From positions 175 to 64,174 of the forward strand of contig CANQWK010000006.1 of assembly GCA_947627545.1 (NCBI GenBank): a DNA stretch of 64,000 nt. The letters are read 5' to 3'. This DNA is from an uncultured Clostridia bacterium (GTDB lineage Bacteria > Bacillota > Clostridia > Christensenellales > UBA1242). The notes beneath the pieces were generated by a model. It ran no database searches. It saw nothing but the letters and a program-made list of their open reading frames with translations, and was not told the DNA's origin. The position numbers and the translations under genes are program-made. Of the stretch, positions 1 to 8,071 are shown piece by piece (the stretch's first letter is position 1; each line of letters begins with the position of its first letter).

Positions 1-795
1 GTTGCTGGCATTTGTAGGGGAAATGATTTTTCTGCCCAGTTCTTTCTCATATCTTTGTCTTGTTTCGCCTGCAAACTTGCCGCCACGCTTTGCAATTTCC
101 TTGTTTTGATTGAATGTTTCTGGCTTTTCTTTTTGTGAGAGTTCAGTTGTGGTGACTTCTGCAAGCATATTTAGCACCAATTCAATATTTGTCATGTTGT
201 CACGCAAGTTTTCTTTTTTCAAGCCTTTAAGTTTCTTGTATTCTTTAACACTTAGGCCAGACCATGCTTTTGTCATTTCGTTTGTGAGAATGGCATAATC
301 TTTTTCTTGTGTTATCCCTCGTTGTTGCCATTCCGCTGTCAGTTCTTTTCGCATTTTGATTGTCATCATGCGCTGCGTAATCCATTCTTCTGGATAGCCT
401 TTCTCGCGATATGTCGCAATGGCTCTGTCTATTGCTTTTTGTGGGTCGGCAATCTCATCAAGCCTTTCGCTTCCAACTTGTGCAAGCCAAACTTTGAATG
501 GCTCAGCCTTTGGACTTGGAATAGATTGAACGAGCCTAAGAAGCCATTTGGTATTAAGCATATCGGTCTTGTATGTTTTTCCATCGCTTGAAGGCATTTT
601 CAGTTGCACGAGATTTTCGTGCAACTCACTTCCTTCTTTTTTTAATTTCCTTTTCAAATCGCTCCAATAGTTTCTTGGCGTTTTGCTATCACTAAAAACT
701 GCACACACATCAACAACAGAGAAATACCAATCTTCTTCCATCTCGTTCCATTGTGTGCGTATTTGTTTGTTCTCAAAAACTTTAATATTCGCCAT
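1..795 (-). CDS. Bro-N domain (phage antirepressor-like) protein, running off the window edge
   Basis: Not in the ORF track because no stop codon lies in the window. Manual translation from ATG 795 (AGGAG upstream): MANIKVFENKQIRTQWNEMEEDWYFSVVDVC...QSIPSPKAEPFKVWLAQVGSERLDEIADPQKAIDRAIATYREKGY...LRDNMTNIELVLNMLAE. Frame spot-checked at the start, at 541-600 and at the window edge. Confidence 0.85.
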   Translation of the reverse strand, partial: MANIKVFENKQIRTQWNEMEEDWYFSVVDVCAVFSDSKTPRNYWSDLKRKLKKEGSELHENLVQLKMPSSDGKTYKTDMLNTKWLLRLVQSIPSPKAEPFKVWLAQVGSERLDEIADPQKAIDRAIATYREKGYPEEWITQRMMTIKMRKELTAEWQQRGITQEKDYAILTNEMTKAWSGLSVKEYKKLKGLKKENLRDNMTNIELVLNMLAEVTTTELSQKEKPETFNQNKEIAKRGGKFAGETRQRYEKELGRKIISPTNASN

Positions 796-961
796 CTCAT
801 GTTCTCCTATGCTTATATGATAGCATAAACAAGCAAAATTTGTATCGAAATTTCTAAATTTTTCTAAAATGAGAAAAGAAATGTTTATATGTAAAATCTA
901 AAAAGAATTACATAGTTTTAGGCAGTTCAACATCGTTTTAGTTCACTCAAAATGGCATAAT

Positions 962-1002
962 TGTTGTCAACTGTTGTCAATATTTCCAAATTTTTGACAA
1001 CA
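962..1002. repeat. TGTTGTCAA direct pair plus inverted TTGACAACA (possible integrase arm-type sites)
   Basis: TGTTGTCAA at 962-970 and 972-980; reverse complement TTGACAACA at 994-1002; about 85 bp inside the tRNA-derived att core. Confidence 0.45.
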
Positions 1003-1016
1003 CTTTTTCAAATTGA

Positions 1017-1045
1017 TTGCCAAATCGTTTTAATTATGGTATATT
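1017..1045 (+). promoter_or_regulatory. sigmaA-type promoter pointing across the att core
   Basis: TTGCCA (1017)-17 bp-TATATT (1040), with TG in the extended -10 position. Confidence 0.4.
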
Positions 1046-1085
1046 TATAAGCATAGAACACAACCCTTTGTTATGTTGTTTTTGT

Positions 1086-1134
1086 CTTGGTAAGGTGGGG
1101 TGTGTCGTGGGTCCGATTCCCACCAGTAGCTCCA
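1086..1134 (+). pseudogene. Decayed 3' half of tRNA-Thr(GGT); probable attR of an integrated element
   Basis: C-TTGGTAA-GGTGG anticodon loop and 3' stem, T-arm GTGGG-TCCGATT-CCCAC, acceptor 3' strand CAGTAGC-T-CCA. No complementary 5' acceptor strand or D-arm upstream. Confidence 0.75.
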
Positions 1135-1182
1135 TATAAAACGAGTAAAAAGTCTTAATAAATCATTATTAGGAGGGAAATT

Positions 1183-2055
1183 ATGAAAAATGATTTGCAT
1201 GTAAGAACAAATTTTTCGGCGAGTGCTTCAAGAGATTGGAATTGGGAAAGAGTTTTAAAGAAATGTCAAGATGAAGGAATTCAAAGACTTGCAATAACAG
1301 ACTTTGATACATGCATTTTCCATGTTATTAATAAAATTGTGGACACATCATCATTGTTTAAGGGACAAATTATAACTGGAATGGAATGTGATGTTTGTGA
1401 AAATGGCCTTACATTTGAACTTCTTGCATACAATTTTGATCCGATTAAAACTTTGTCTTGGTCTTATGAAACATATGGCACTTTGGAAATGCGACAAACA
1501 AAGATAAAAGATCTGTTAATTGATGTTGCAGAGAAAAAGCATATCAAGGTTGACAAGAAAGCAAAGTTTAATGGCAAAGTAGATTTTGGACACAAATATG
1601 TGTATGAAAATATGTTGAAGTACAAAGAAAACCAAGCATTATTTAATAAATATAATATTGAAAATTTGGGTGATTTCTATAATGCAAGTACTAAACAAAA
1701 AGATTTCCCATTATATGTTAGCATGAATAAGATTTTCCCCTCAGTTAAGAAAGTTGTGAATTTTATTCACTCCGTTGGAGGATTTGTTGTTCTTGCCCAA
1801 CCATGCAAAAGTAAAAATAAAACAAATTTGGAATTTTTACTTAATGATGCTTTAAAAAATGATGTTGATGGTATCGAGGTTTATCATCCATCACACAGCA
1901 AAGAAGATATTAAATTCCTATTAGATTTCTGTAAAAAAAATAAATTAATCGTAACAGGCGGAAGCAATTTTAACGGAAAGCCAGAAAATATGTCTGTAGG
2001 AATTCAAAATATAGATAAATCAGAAAGTGAGATTTTGAAAAATATGAAAATCTAG
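1183..2055 (+). CDS. PHP-domain (TrpH/YciV-like) protein, metal ligands largely lost
   Basis: Motif skeleton DLHVRT / AITDFD / GMEC / LAQP / GIEVYHPSH / GGSNFNG; SD AGGAGG. Confidence 0.8.
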   Translation: MKNDLHVRTNFSASASRDWNWERVLKKCQDEGIQRLAITDFDTCIFHVINKIVDTSSLFKGQIITGMECDVCENGLTFELLAYNFDPIKTLSWSYETYGTLEMRQTKIKDLLIDVAEKKHIKVDKKAKFNGKVDFGHKYVYENMLKYKENQALFNKYNIENLGDFYNASTKQKDFPLYVSMNKIFPSVKKVVNFIHSVGGFVVLAQPCKSKNKTNLEFLLNDALKNDVDGIEVYHPSHSKEDIKFLLDFCKKNKLIVTGGSNFNGKPENMSVGIQNIDKSESEILKNMKI

Positions 2056-2227
2056 TTTGATTTTCGCAAAATCAAACGGCTGTCGCGAAATATGAGGTAT
2101 AATGCTGCCTCGCTCACTTGCTGATTTGTGCAAGCACATCGAAGTTCGACTCGTTGCATTATCAAAATTTGATTATTTTTGATTTATTTTGATTTTTAAT
2201 CAAAAAATGAGTTATCGCAAAATCAAA
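2055..2227. repeat. Structured intergenic element with nested inverted repeats
   Basis: GTTTGATTTT-CGC-AAAATCAAAC hairpin (2055-2077); ATAATGC...GCATTAT stem (2099-2162) with inner CTTGC/GCAAG; TCGCAAAATCAAA at 2064 and 2215. Confidence 0.55.
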
Positions 2228-2270
2228 TGAAAAAAATCAAAGGTCGACTTTTTGGCGGTAACTCCCACAC

Positions 2271-2320
2271 AAAAATCCATCAAAAACCCCCTATTTTATA
2301 GAGGTTTTGGTGGATTTTTT
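2271..2320. terminator. Long bidirectional hairpin terminator between convergent genes
   Basis: AAAAATCCATCAAAAACC...GGTTTTGGTGGATTTTTT imperfect inverted repeat with A/T tails. Confidence 0.65.
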
Positions 2321-2328
2321 CTAAGGTG

Positions 2329-2898
2329 TCAAAGGGCGAAATTGCTTATTGTCTTATAGAGAAATTGTGTAAGTTTGACAATTTCTTTATCGTAAAATTT
2401 TTTTGATTCGTCAAAAAATAAAATTTCATTTCTTAATTTTGGAAGGAGATTGATTATAGAATCTAATTTTTGTCCGTTTTTGAGACAACTTTTCCATCTT
2501 CTAATCCCCAGCCAGGCCAATTTATCGGCATCTTTTAAAATTTTTCCCTCAATAGTAAGAGGTGTCATGTTATATTTATGATTTTCAATTGCAGCATAGC
2601 AATTGTCAATAAATGATTTTTCAAATTTTTGTTTTTTTAGTTCCTTTTTAAGCATTTCCGCTGAAATTTTTTCATGGTTGTTTGCAGTTTTCAATCGCCC
2701 TATGTCATGCCAATATGCAGCGAGAATGCAAACTTCCGCATCAGCGTTTACTTTTAAAATTGACAAAAGTTTTTTGACATAACAAACAACATCTTTGATA
2801 TGTTCAAAATTGTGTTCATAATCTTGAGAGTGCAACATTTTCTCTTTAGCGATATCTATAAGTGTTTTGTATTTATTTTCAATAAGATCAAAGTTCAT
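2329..2898 (-). CDS. HD-domain phosphohydrolase
   Basis: HNFEH...AYWHDIGR...HEKISA...ILKDADKL motifs; start moved to ATG 2898, which has an AAGGA SD. Confidence 0.8.
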   Translation of the reverse strand: MNFDLIENKYKTLIDIAKEKMLHSQDYEHNFEHIKDVVCYVKKLLSILKVNADAEVCILAAYWHDIGRLKTANNHEKISAEMLKKELKKQKFEKSFIDNCYAAIENHKYNMTPLTIEGKILKDADKLAWLGIRRWKSCLKNGQKLDSIINLLPKLRNEILFFDESKKFYDKEIVKLTQFLYKTISNFAL

Positions 2899-3017
2899 TT
2901 GAGTTTCCTTTTTGTTCATAACATTAATATTATAAAACAAATTTTTTACATTTCAAAACTATTTATATTTTTTTATTTAACCTTTACAACATTAAATTAT
3001 CTAAAATGTAACGATAT

Positions 3018-3734
3018 TTATTTTTTTAAATAGGCTACATATTCAACGTTTCCGTCTCCGCCTAAAATTATGCTTTTTTCACAGCCAATAAATGTAAATC
3101 CTGTATCTTGTAAGTTTTGTATAACATTTTTTACAACTTTTTCACGCATTTTTTCATCTTTTACAATACCTTTATGTTTTTTTGCATATTCTTTGCCAAC
3201 TTCAAATTGTGGCTTTATTAGGCAAATAAATTCATTTCCTAGGTTAAGCAAATTATAAACATAACTAGATATTTTTGTAAGTGAAATAAACGAAACATCA
3301 CAAACTGCCATGTTAACATCTGGCACAAGGGATTTATTTAATTTTCGTATATCTGTTTTTTCTAAATTTACAACATTATATTTTAACAAGTTTTTATCCA
3401 ACTGATTTTCTCCAACATCAACGGCATAAACTTTTTTTGCTCCGTTTAAAATGCAAAAATGTGTAAATCCACCTGTTGATGCTCCAATGTCTAAAACCAC
3501 TTTATTTTTAAAATCTAAATTAAAACATTGCTTGGCACCTTCAAGCTTTAATCCTGCTCGCGAAACATAAGGACACTTATTTAAAATTTGTATATCAAAA
3601 CTTTCATCAACCAAATCACTGCATTTGCAATGTTTTCCATTAACTAAAACTTGATTTGCATTGATAAGTTCTTTACTTTCCGACCTAGATTTTGTAAGCT
3701 TTTGCTCAAATAAAAAAACATCTAATCTTTTCAT
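3018..3734 (-). CDS. tlyA: TlyA-family rRNA 2'-O-methyltransferase
   Basis: N-terminal S4 domain (RLDVFL), YVSRAGLKL, DIGASTGGFT, DVSFISL, LIKPQFE. Confidence 0.92.
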   Translation of the reverse strand: MKRLDVFLFEQKLTKSRSESKELINANQVLVNGKHCKCSDLVDESFDIQILNKCPYVSRAGLKLEGAKQCFNLDFKNKVVLDIGASTGGFTHFCILNGAKKVYAVDVGENQLDKNLLKYNVVNLEKTDIRKLNKSLVPDVNMAVCDVSFISLTKISSYVYNLLNLGNEFICLIKPQFEVGKEYAKKHKGIVKDEKMREKVVKNVIQNLQDTGFTFIGCEKSIILGGDGNVEYVAYLKK

Positions 3735-3740
3735 AATTTT

Positions 3741-3749
3741 ATTATATCA
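3741..3749 (-). promoter_or_regulatory. Extended -10 promoter 6 nt upstream of the tlyA ATG (leaderless)
   Basis: Minus strand reads TG-A-TATAAT-AAAATT-ATG; no SD. Confidence 0.55.
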
Positions 3750-3835
3750 TATTTTTTTAAATAGTAAAAATCTTTAATTGTATCTATTAAAAAACGTAAA
3801 TTTCAATTGACAACCTTTGGCATATTTTGATTATT

Positions 3836-4711
3836 CTAATAAATATTAATTTGTTGTTTTATGTATGTTTCCGCGTTTAATGAAATAACAATAATTGCAA
3901 TAATCAGCAAAGGTAAAGCAATAAACACGCCAACAAAAACATTTGTTATTGCCACTGCCAAACCAGAAATAGCAAACGAAATTAAATATATTAATAAATT
4001 ACAAATAGATAAATTTAACAAATTTTTAAAGTTTACAATTTGCTTTAAAGGTAGTTTTTTGAGTCCATAAACAAGATAGGCTTCAAACAGCGAAATAACG
4101 CCATAAATTAAAATACCAATTATGCTAGCTAAAATGATGTTAGGCGTCCACAAAAAAGCCAAATAAAAGGTTAGTGCAGTTAAGCCTAGGGTAAAAATGC
4201 TATCAAAAAAGGTTGTTAAAATAAGTTTTAGTGCATTTTGTTTAGAAATATCGCGTTTAATTATAAATCTAGTTAAAAATAAACCAGCAATTAAACCTAA
4301 AATTGTACAACAAACAAATGCTACTACATATTTAACATAGCCTTTAATTGCAGATGAAACCGAATTTTCAATATCATGTGCATATTGTTTATAATTATCA
4401 ATAGTGTTTTCTAAATTTATTTTTAAAGTTCCATCAATCCATTCTTTTGATGTTATTGTTTTAACGGCATTAATAGGATTATTCCAATTTATTTCAGCTA
4501 CGCTATCAATAACACATTTTTTTAAATCGTCAAAGCCAATGTCCGCTTGTTCAGTTATGGCTTTTATATCTGCCGTGGCTTGATTAACTTGAATTTTAAA
4601 CCCAGAAAACAAAAAACATACTCCAAACAACAAACCTAAAAATAATGTGCCAAGCGGAGTAAAGCAATATTTTAAATTTTTAAAAAAACTAGTTAAGCCT
4701 TGTTTAATCAT
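3836..4711 (-). CDS. Hypothetical multi-pass membrane protein
   Basis: 291 aa with an N-terminal TM, a soluble loop and several C-terminal hydrophobic segments; GGAG SD; overlaps the upstream gene by 8 nt. Confidence 0.7.
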   Translation of the reverse strand: MIKQGLTSFFKNLKYCFTPLGTLFLGLLFGVCFLFSGFKIQVNQATADIKAITEQADIGFDDLKKCVIDSVAEINWNNPINAVKTITSKEWIDGTLKINLENTIDNYKQYAHDIENSVSSAIKGYVKYVVAFVCCTILGLIAGLFLTRFIIKRDISKQNALKLILTTFFDSIFTLGLTALTFYLAFLWTPNIILASIIGILIYGVISLFEAYLVYGLKKLPLKQIVNFKNLLNLSICNLLIYLISFAISGLAVAITNVFVGVFIALPLLIIAIIVISLNAETYIKQQINIY

Positions 4712-5402
4712 TTTTTACTCCTTTGTTGTTTTTCAATAAATCTTCTTTTTTCTCTTCTTTAAAGTAATTTTTTTCTTTAAAACCATTTTCTTTTTCAAAT
4801 ATATTTTTTTCTTTAAAGGTTAAGTTTTTTTTAATTTTTAGGTTATTTTCTTTTTCAAAGTTAATTCCTTCAATTGTAATGTTTTTAATAGATTTTGCAA
4901 CGGCTATGGCTTCTTTATTTTCTTGATTTCGTTCTATAAATGCGGAATATACGCCTTCCCACACAAATAATGTTCCGCTAATGTTAATTAAATCAAACCA
5001 TAAATTGAAATTACGAAGCAAATAACTTAGCAACAAAATTATTGCACCAACAACAATTAACGACCAACCTGTTGCTCGCTTTTTGTTGTTGTCTTTAATT
5101 ATTTTGTAACCCATTAAATAAACATTTTGCCTTATAATTTTTTCGCATTCCTCGTTTGTGTAATTGCCAAAATCTTTTATAACGATGTGCAAATTTAATT
5201 TATAACTTCTGGGCAATAACATAACAGCATCTTTAATGTCGCAAAATAATTTATCGTTTAATTTTTCAGTTTTGTCATCGCCAAAATTAGGGTTGACAAG
5301 CTCACTAAAACTATCATAAACAAGGTTTAGCGTTGCAACTTTGCCTTCAATTTTAAAATAATTTTGCAATAATTTTAATTGTAATTCTTTGCTTTTTCTC
5401 AT
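4704..5402 (-). CDS. Hypothetical membrane protein (two TM segments, Lys/Glu-rich tail)
   Basis: 232-aa ORF, AAGGA SD, hydrophobic pair near residues 115-155. Confidence 0.7.
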   Translation of the reverse strand: MRKSKELQLKLLQNYFKIEGKVATLNLVYDSFSELVNPNFGDDKTEKLNDKLFCDIKDAVMLLPRSYKLNLHIVIKDFGNYTNEECEKIIRQNVYLMGYKIIKDNNKKRATGWSLIVVGAIILLLSYLLRNFNLWFDLINISGTLFVWEGVYSAFIERNQENKEAIAVAKSIKNITIEGINFEKENNLKIKKNLTFKEKNIFEKENGFKEKNYFKEEKKEDLLKNNKGVKND

Positions 5403-5555
5403 TTTCCTTCAAACTCCTATAAAATTAACTTTTTATTTACGCATTTTATCATATTTTAGTTTATTTTTCAATTTATTTTTATAATTAATCAATTAAATTA
5501 TATATAACACTAAAACTCTTAGAAAAAAACTTATATTTTTTTCCTTTACTTGTAC

Positions 5556-5583
5556 TTGACTTTTACGTTATTTTAAGTATAAT
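5556..5583 (+). promoter_or_regulatory. sigmaA promoter of the repeat-protein gene
   Basis: TTGACT-16 bp-TATAAT, followed by an AAGGAGG SD. Confidence 0.6.
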
Positions 5584-5624
5584 TTATACAACACATAGTT
5601 TTATAAATTTAAAAGGAGGTAACT

Positions 5625-7340
5625 ATGGAAAGAAAAACCACTTCAAAAGAAGAATTATATTTAAAACAACAGCAGTTACAAGAATTTGGTAGGGTAAAAA
5701 GCCATGCTCCACTTGTTTCACGCCTTGTAGATGAACACGAAAAAGTGGCAAATCTAAATTTGTCCGTTTCAGGCAAAAATACAATCAGCTTAGCAGGAGT
5801 TGATACCTTTGGCAAAGGCAGGTGGATGAAGTTTGATATAGATAAATATAAAAAAAATGCCCAAGAACTTAAAGCTTTGGTGGAAAATGATGTCTTTGAA
5901 TTAAGAAAAGGGGATTATTATATTTTTATGGATAACGAAGGCAAACCTCATATAGCGGTTTATATAATTGGCAACACAGTTAAAAGGGTGTATGGCATAA
6001 AAGGAAGTTTCTTCACAGTAAACCTAGCAGAAAAATATCTTGATGTTGTAATAGAATTTTTAACAAAAAATCCAAATGCCAAAGATAGCGATAAATGGCT
6101 TAAAATAGAAGAGTTGGAAGCTCGTTTAATTGAATATAAAAAACAAATTGAAAGTGGGAAAACGGATGAAATAGATATTGGTTCTCTCATGGCTGATTAT
6201 TATGAAACCTTTGCATATCATCGATATTTTAATACAGAAATTTTGTCAAAACTTCGTCCACAACTTGCAAAGCACCTTAAATGCAAGCCAGAAGAAATTG
6301 ATTACGGAGCAGATTTTAAAGGAAAATGCAAACAACCTTATGTGATTGTTTTGAGAAATGTTGATTTTGAGGATTCACAAATTACAAATTTAGGCAAATT
6401 GCAAACAATAGGTGGAAATGCAAATTTTGAAAATTCACAAATAACAAGTTTAGGCAATTTGCAAATGATAGGTGGGTATGCAAATTTTATAGATTCTCAA
6501 ATAACAGATTTAGGCAAATTGCAATTGATAGGTGGCAATGCCAATTTTGAAAATTCACAAATAACAAGTTTAGGCAAATTGCAAACAATAGGTGGAAATG
6601 CATATTTTGAAAATTCACAAATAACAAGTTTAGGCAAATTGCAAACAATAGGTGGTCGTGCATATTTTGAAAATTCTCAAATAACAAGTTTAGGCAAATT
6701 GCAAACAATAGGTGAAGATGCAAATTTTGAAAATTCACAAATAACAAGTTTAGGCAAATTGCAAACAATAGGTGGAAATGCATATTTTGAAAATTCAAAA
6801 ATAACAAATTTAGGCAATTTACAATTGATAGGCGGATATGCTTGGTTTAGAGATTCACAAATAACAAGTTTAGGCAAATTGCAAACAATAGGTGAAAATG
6901 CATATTTTGAAAATTCACAAATAACAAGTTTAGGCAACTTGCAAACAATAGGTGGAGATGCTTGGTTTTGTGATTCACAAATAACAAGTTTAGGCAAATT
7001 GCAAACAATAGGTGGAGATGCAAATTTTCAAAATTCAAAAATAACAAGTTTAGGCAACTTGCAAACAATAGAAAGAAGTGCTTATTTTGGAGGTGCTGGA
7101 TATTCACAAATAACAGATTTTGGCAATTTGCAAACAATTGGCGGAGGAGTTTTTATTGAAAATGATATAAAATTAAAAAAATTGTTTCTTTCTCAATTTG
7201 AAAAAGATGGAAAAGGCTGGAAACGTAAATTAACAGCAAAAGTTGAACAAGAAAAACCAACTAATGATGATAAACAAAAGAAGTCAAAAATCAAAACAGA
7301 AAAAGAAAATATGACACATAATGATATTTTAGAAAAGTAA
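5625..7340 (+). CDS. Signal-less protein with 13 tandem 20-aa L-domain/LRR-like repeats
   Basis: Repeat consensus AxFxxSQITSLGxLQTIGGx; N-terminal globular region of about 245 aa; charged C-terminal tail. Confidence 0.85.
   Translation: MERKTTSKEELYLKQQQLQEFGRVKSHAPLVSRLVDEHEKVANLNLSVSGKNTISLAGVDTFGKGRWMKFDIDKYKKNAQELKALVENDVFELRKGDYYIFMDNEGKPHIAVYIIGNTVKRVYGIKGSFFTVNLAEKYLDVVIEFLTKNPNAKDSDKWLKIEELEARLIEYKKQIESGKTDEIDIGSLMADYYETFAYHRYFNTEILSKLRPQLAKHLKCKPEEIDYGADFKGKCKQPYVIVLRNVDFEDSQITNLGKLQTIGGNANFENSQITSLGNLQMIGGYANFIDSQITDLGKLQLIGGNANFENSQITSLGKLQTIGGNAYFENSQITSLGKLQTIGGRAYFENSQITSLGKLQTIGEDANFENSQITSLGKLQTIGGNAYFENSKITNLGNLQLIGGYAWFRDSQITSLGKLQTIGENAYFENSQITSLGNLQTIGGDAWFCDSQITSLGKLQTIGGDANFQNSKITSLGNLQTIERSAYFGGAGYSQITDFGNLQTIGGGVFIENDIKLKKLFLSQFEKDGKGWKRKLTAKVEQEKPTNDDKQKKSKIKTEKENMTHNDILEK
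6360..7148 (+). repeat. Coding tandem repeat, 13 x 60 bp
   Basis: Successive 60-base lines align almost base for base (..ttttgaaaattcacaaataacaagtttaggcaaattgcaaacaataggt..); the last unit has an in-frame insertion. Confidence 0.95.
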
Positions 7341-7375
7341 CATCAAAATATGAAGATATTTTATAAGGAAATGTT

Positions 7376-7957
7376 ATGAGATTTATTAATGCAAAATTTA
7401 TTAAAAGTGCTAGCAAAAAGGCGGAGTTTATTCAAGATGAACTCCCTCAAATTTCAATTGTTGGGCGCAGCAATGTGGGCAAATCTAGCCTAATAAATTT
7501 GCTAACAAACAACAGCAAAATGGCAAAAACCAGTTCCACGCCAGGCAGAACACGTTTAGTTAATTATTTCAATATAAACAATCAATTTTATTTGGTAGAT
7601 TTGCCAGGTTACGGCTTTGCCAAGGCAAGTAAAAACACAACTTCGGCTTGGGATAGCATTATGAATGACTATTTTGTAAATAACCCACAACTCAAACTAA
7701 CTTTTTTGCTTTTAGATTGTCGCCTAATGCCAACACAATTGGATTTGCAAATGTTAGATTATCTTGCTGGGTTAGAAATTCCAGTGGTAATAATTTTAAC
7801 CAAAGCGGACAAAATTAGCCGAAGTGAACTCAACTTAGCAATTGATAAAATTTCAAAACAACTTCGCTTTAACAAAAACCGCATAATTGCAACCAGTGCA
7901 AGCAAAAAGCAAGGGGTGGAGCAAATTGCAGCAATTTTAGATGAATTTATAAAATAA
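7376..7957 (+). CDS. engB: Ribosome biogenesis GTPase YsxC/EngB
   Basis: GRSNVGKSS, TPGRT, DLPGYG and TKAD G-motifs. Confidence 0.95.
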   Translation: MRFINAKFIKSASKKAEFIQDELPQISIVGRSNVGKSSLINLLTNNSKMAKTSSTPGRTRLVNYFNINNQFYLVDLPGYGFAKASKNTTSAWDSIMNDYFVNNPQLKLTFLLLDCRLMPTQLDLQMLDYLAGLEIPVVIILTKADKISRSELNLAIDKISKQLRFNKNRIIATSASKKQGVEQIAAILDEFIK

Positions 7958-7980
7958 AAAACTGCCTTTTGGCAGTTTTT
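7957..7980. terminator. Bidirectional intrinsic terminator
   Basis: AAAAACTGCC-TTTT-GGCAGTTTTT. Confidence 0.85.
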
Positions 7981-8071
7981 TAATCTAAGCAGTTTAATTT
8001 AAATAATTTTGTAACTTAGTTAGTTTTGTAATAAACTTTCTTTTTAAAATTTTATTGGCTACTAAAAATGT

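Noticed and set aside
110-591. Plus-strand ORFs 110-298 and 307-591
   Set aside because: Antisense shadows of the Bro-N gene.
1040-1134. Intact tRNA gene
   Set aside because: There is no 5' acceptor strand (expected GCTACTG) or D-arm, and the T-loop is mutated; it is reported as a fragment only.
6487-7137. Three repetitive minus-strand ORFs
   Set aside because: Antisense shadows of the stop-poor 60-bp coding repeat.
6360-7148. 60-bp repeats as a CRISPR array or a diversity-generating retroelement target
   Set aside because: They are in-frame coding repeats without spacers. No reverse transcriptase or separate template repeat is visible, and some substitutions are at non-adenine positions.
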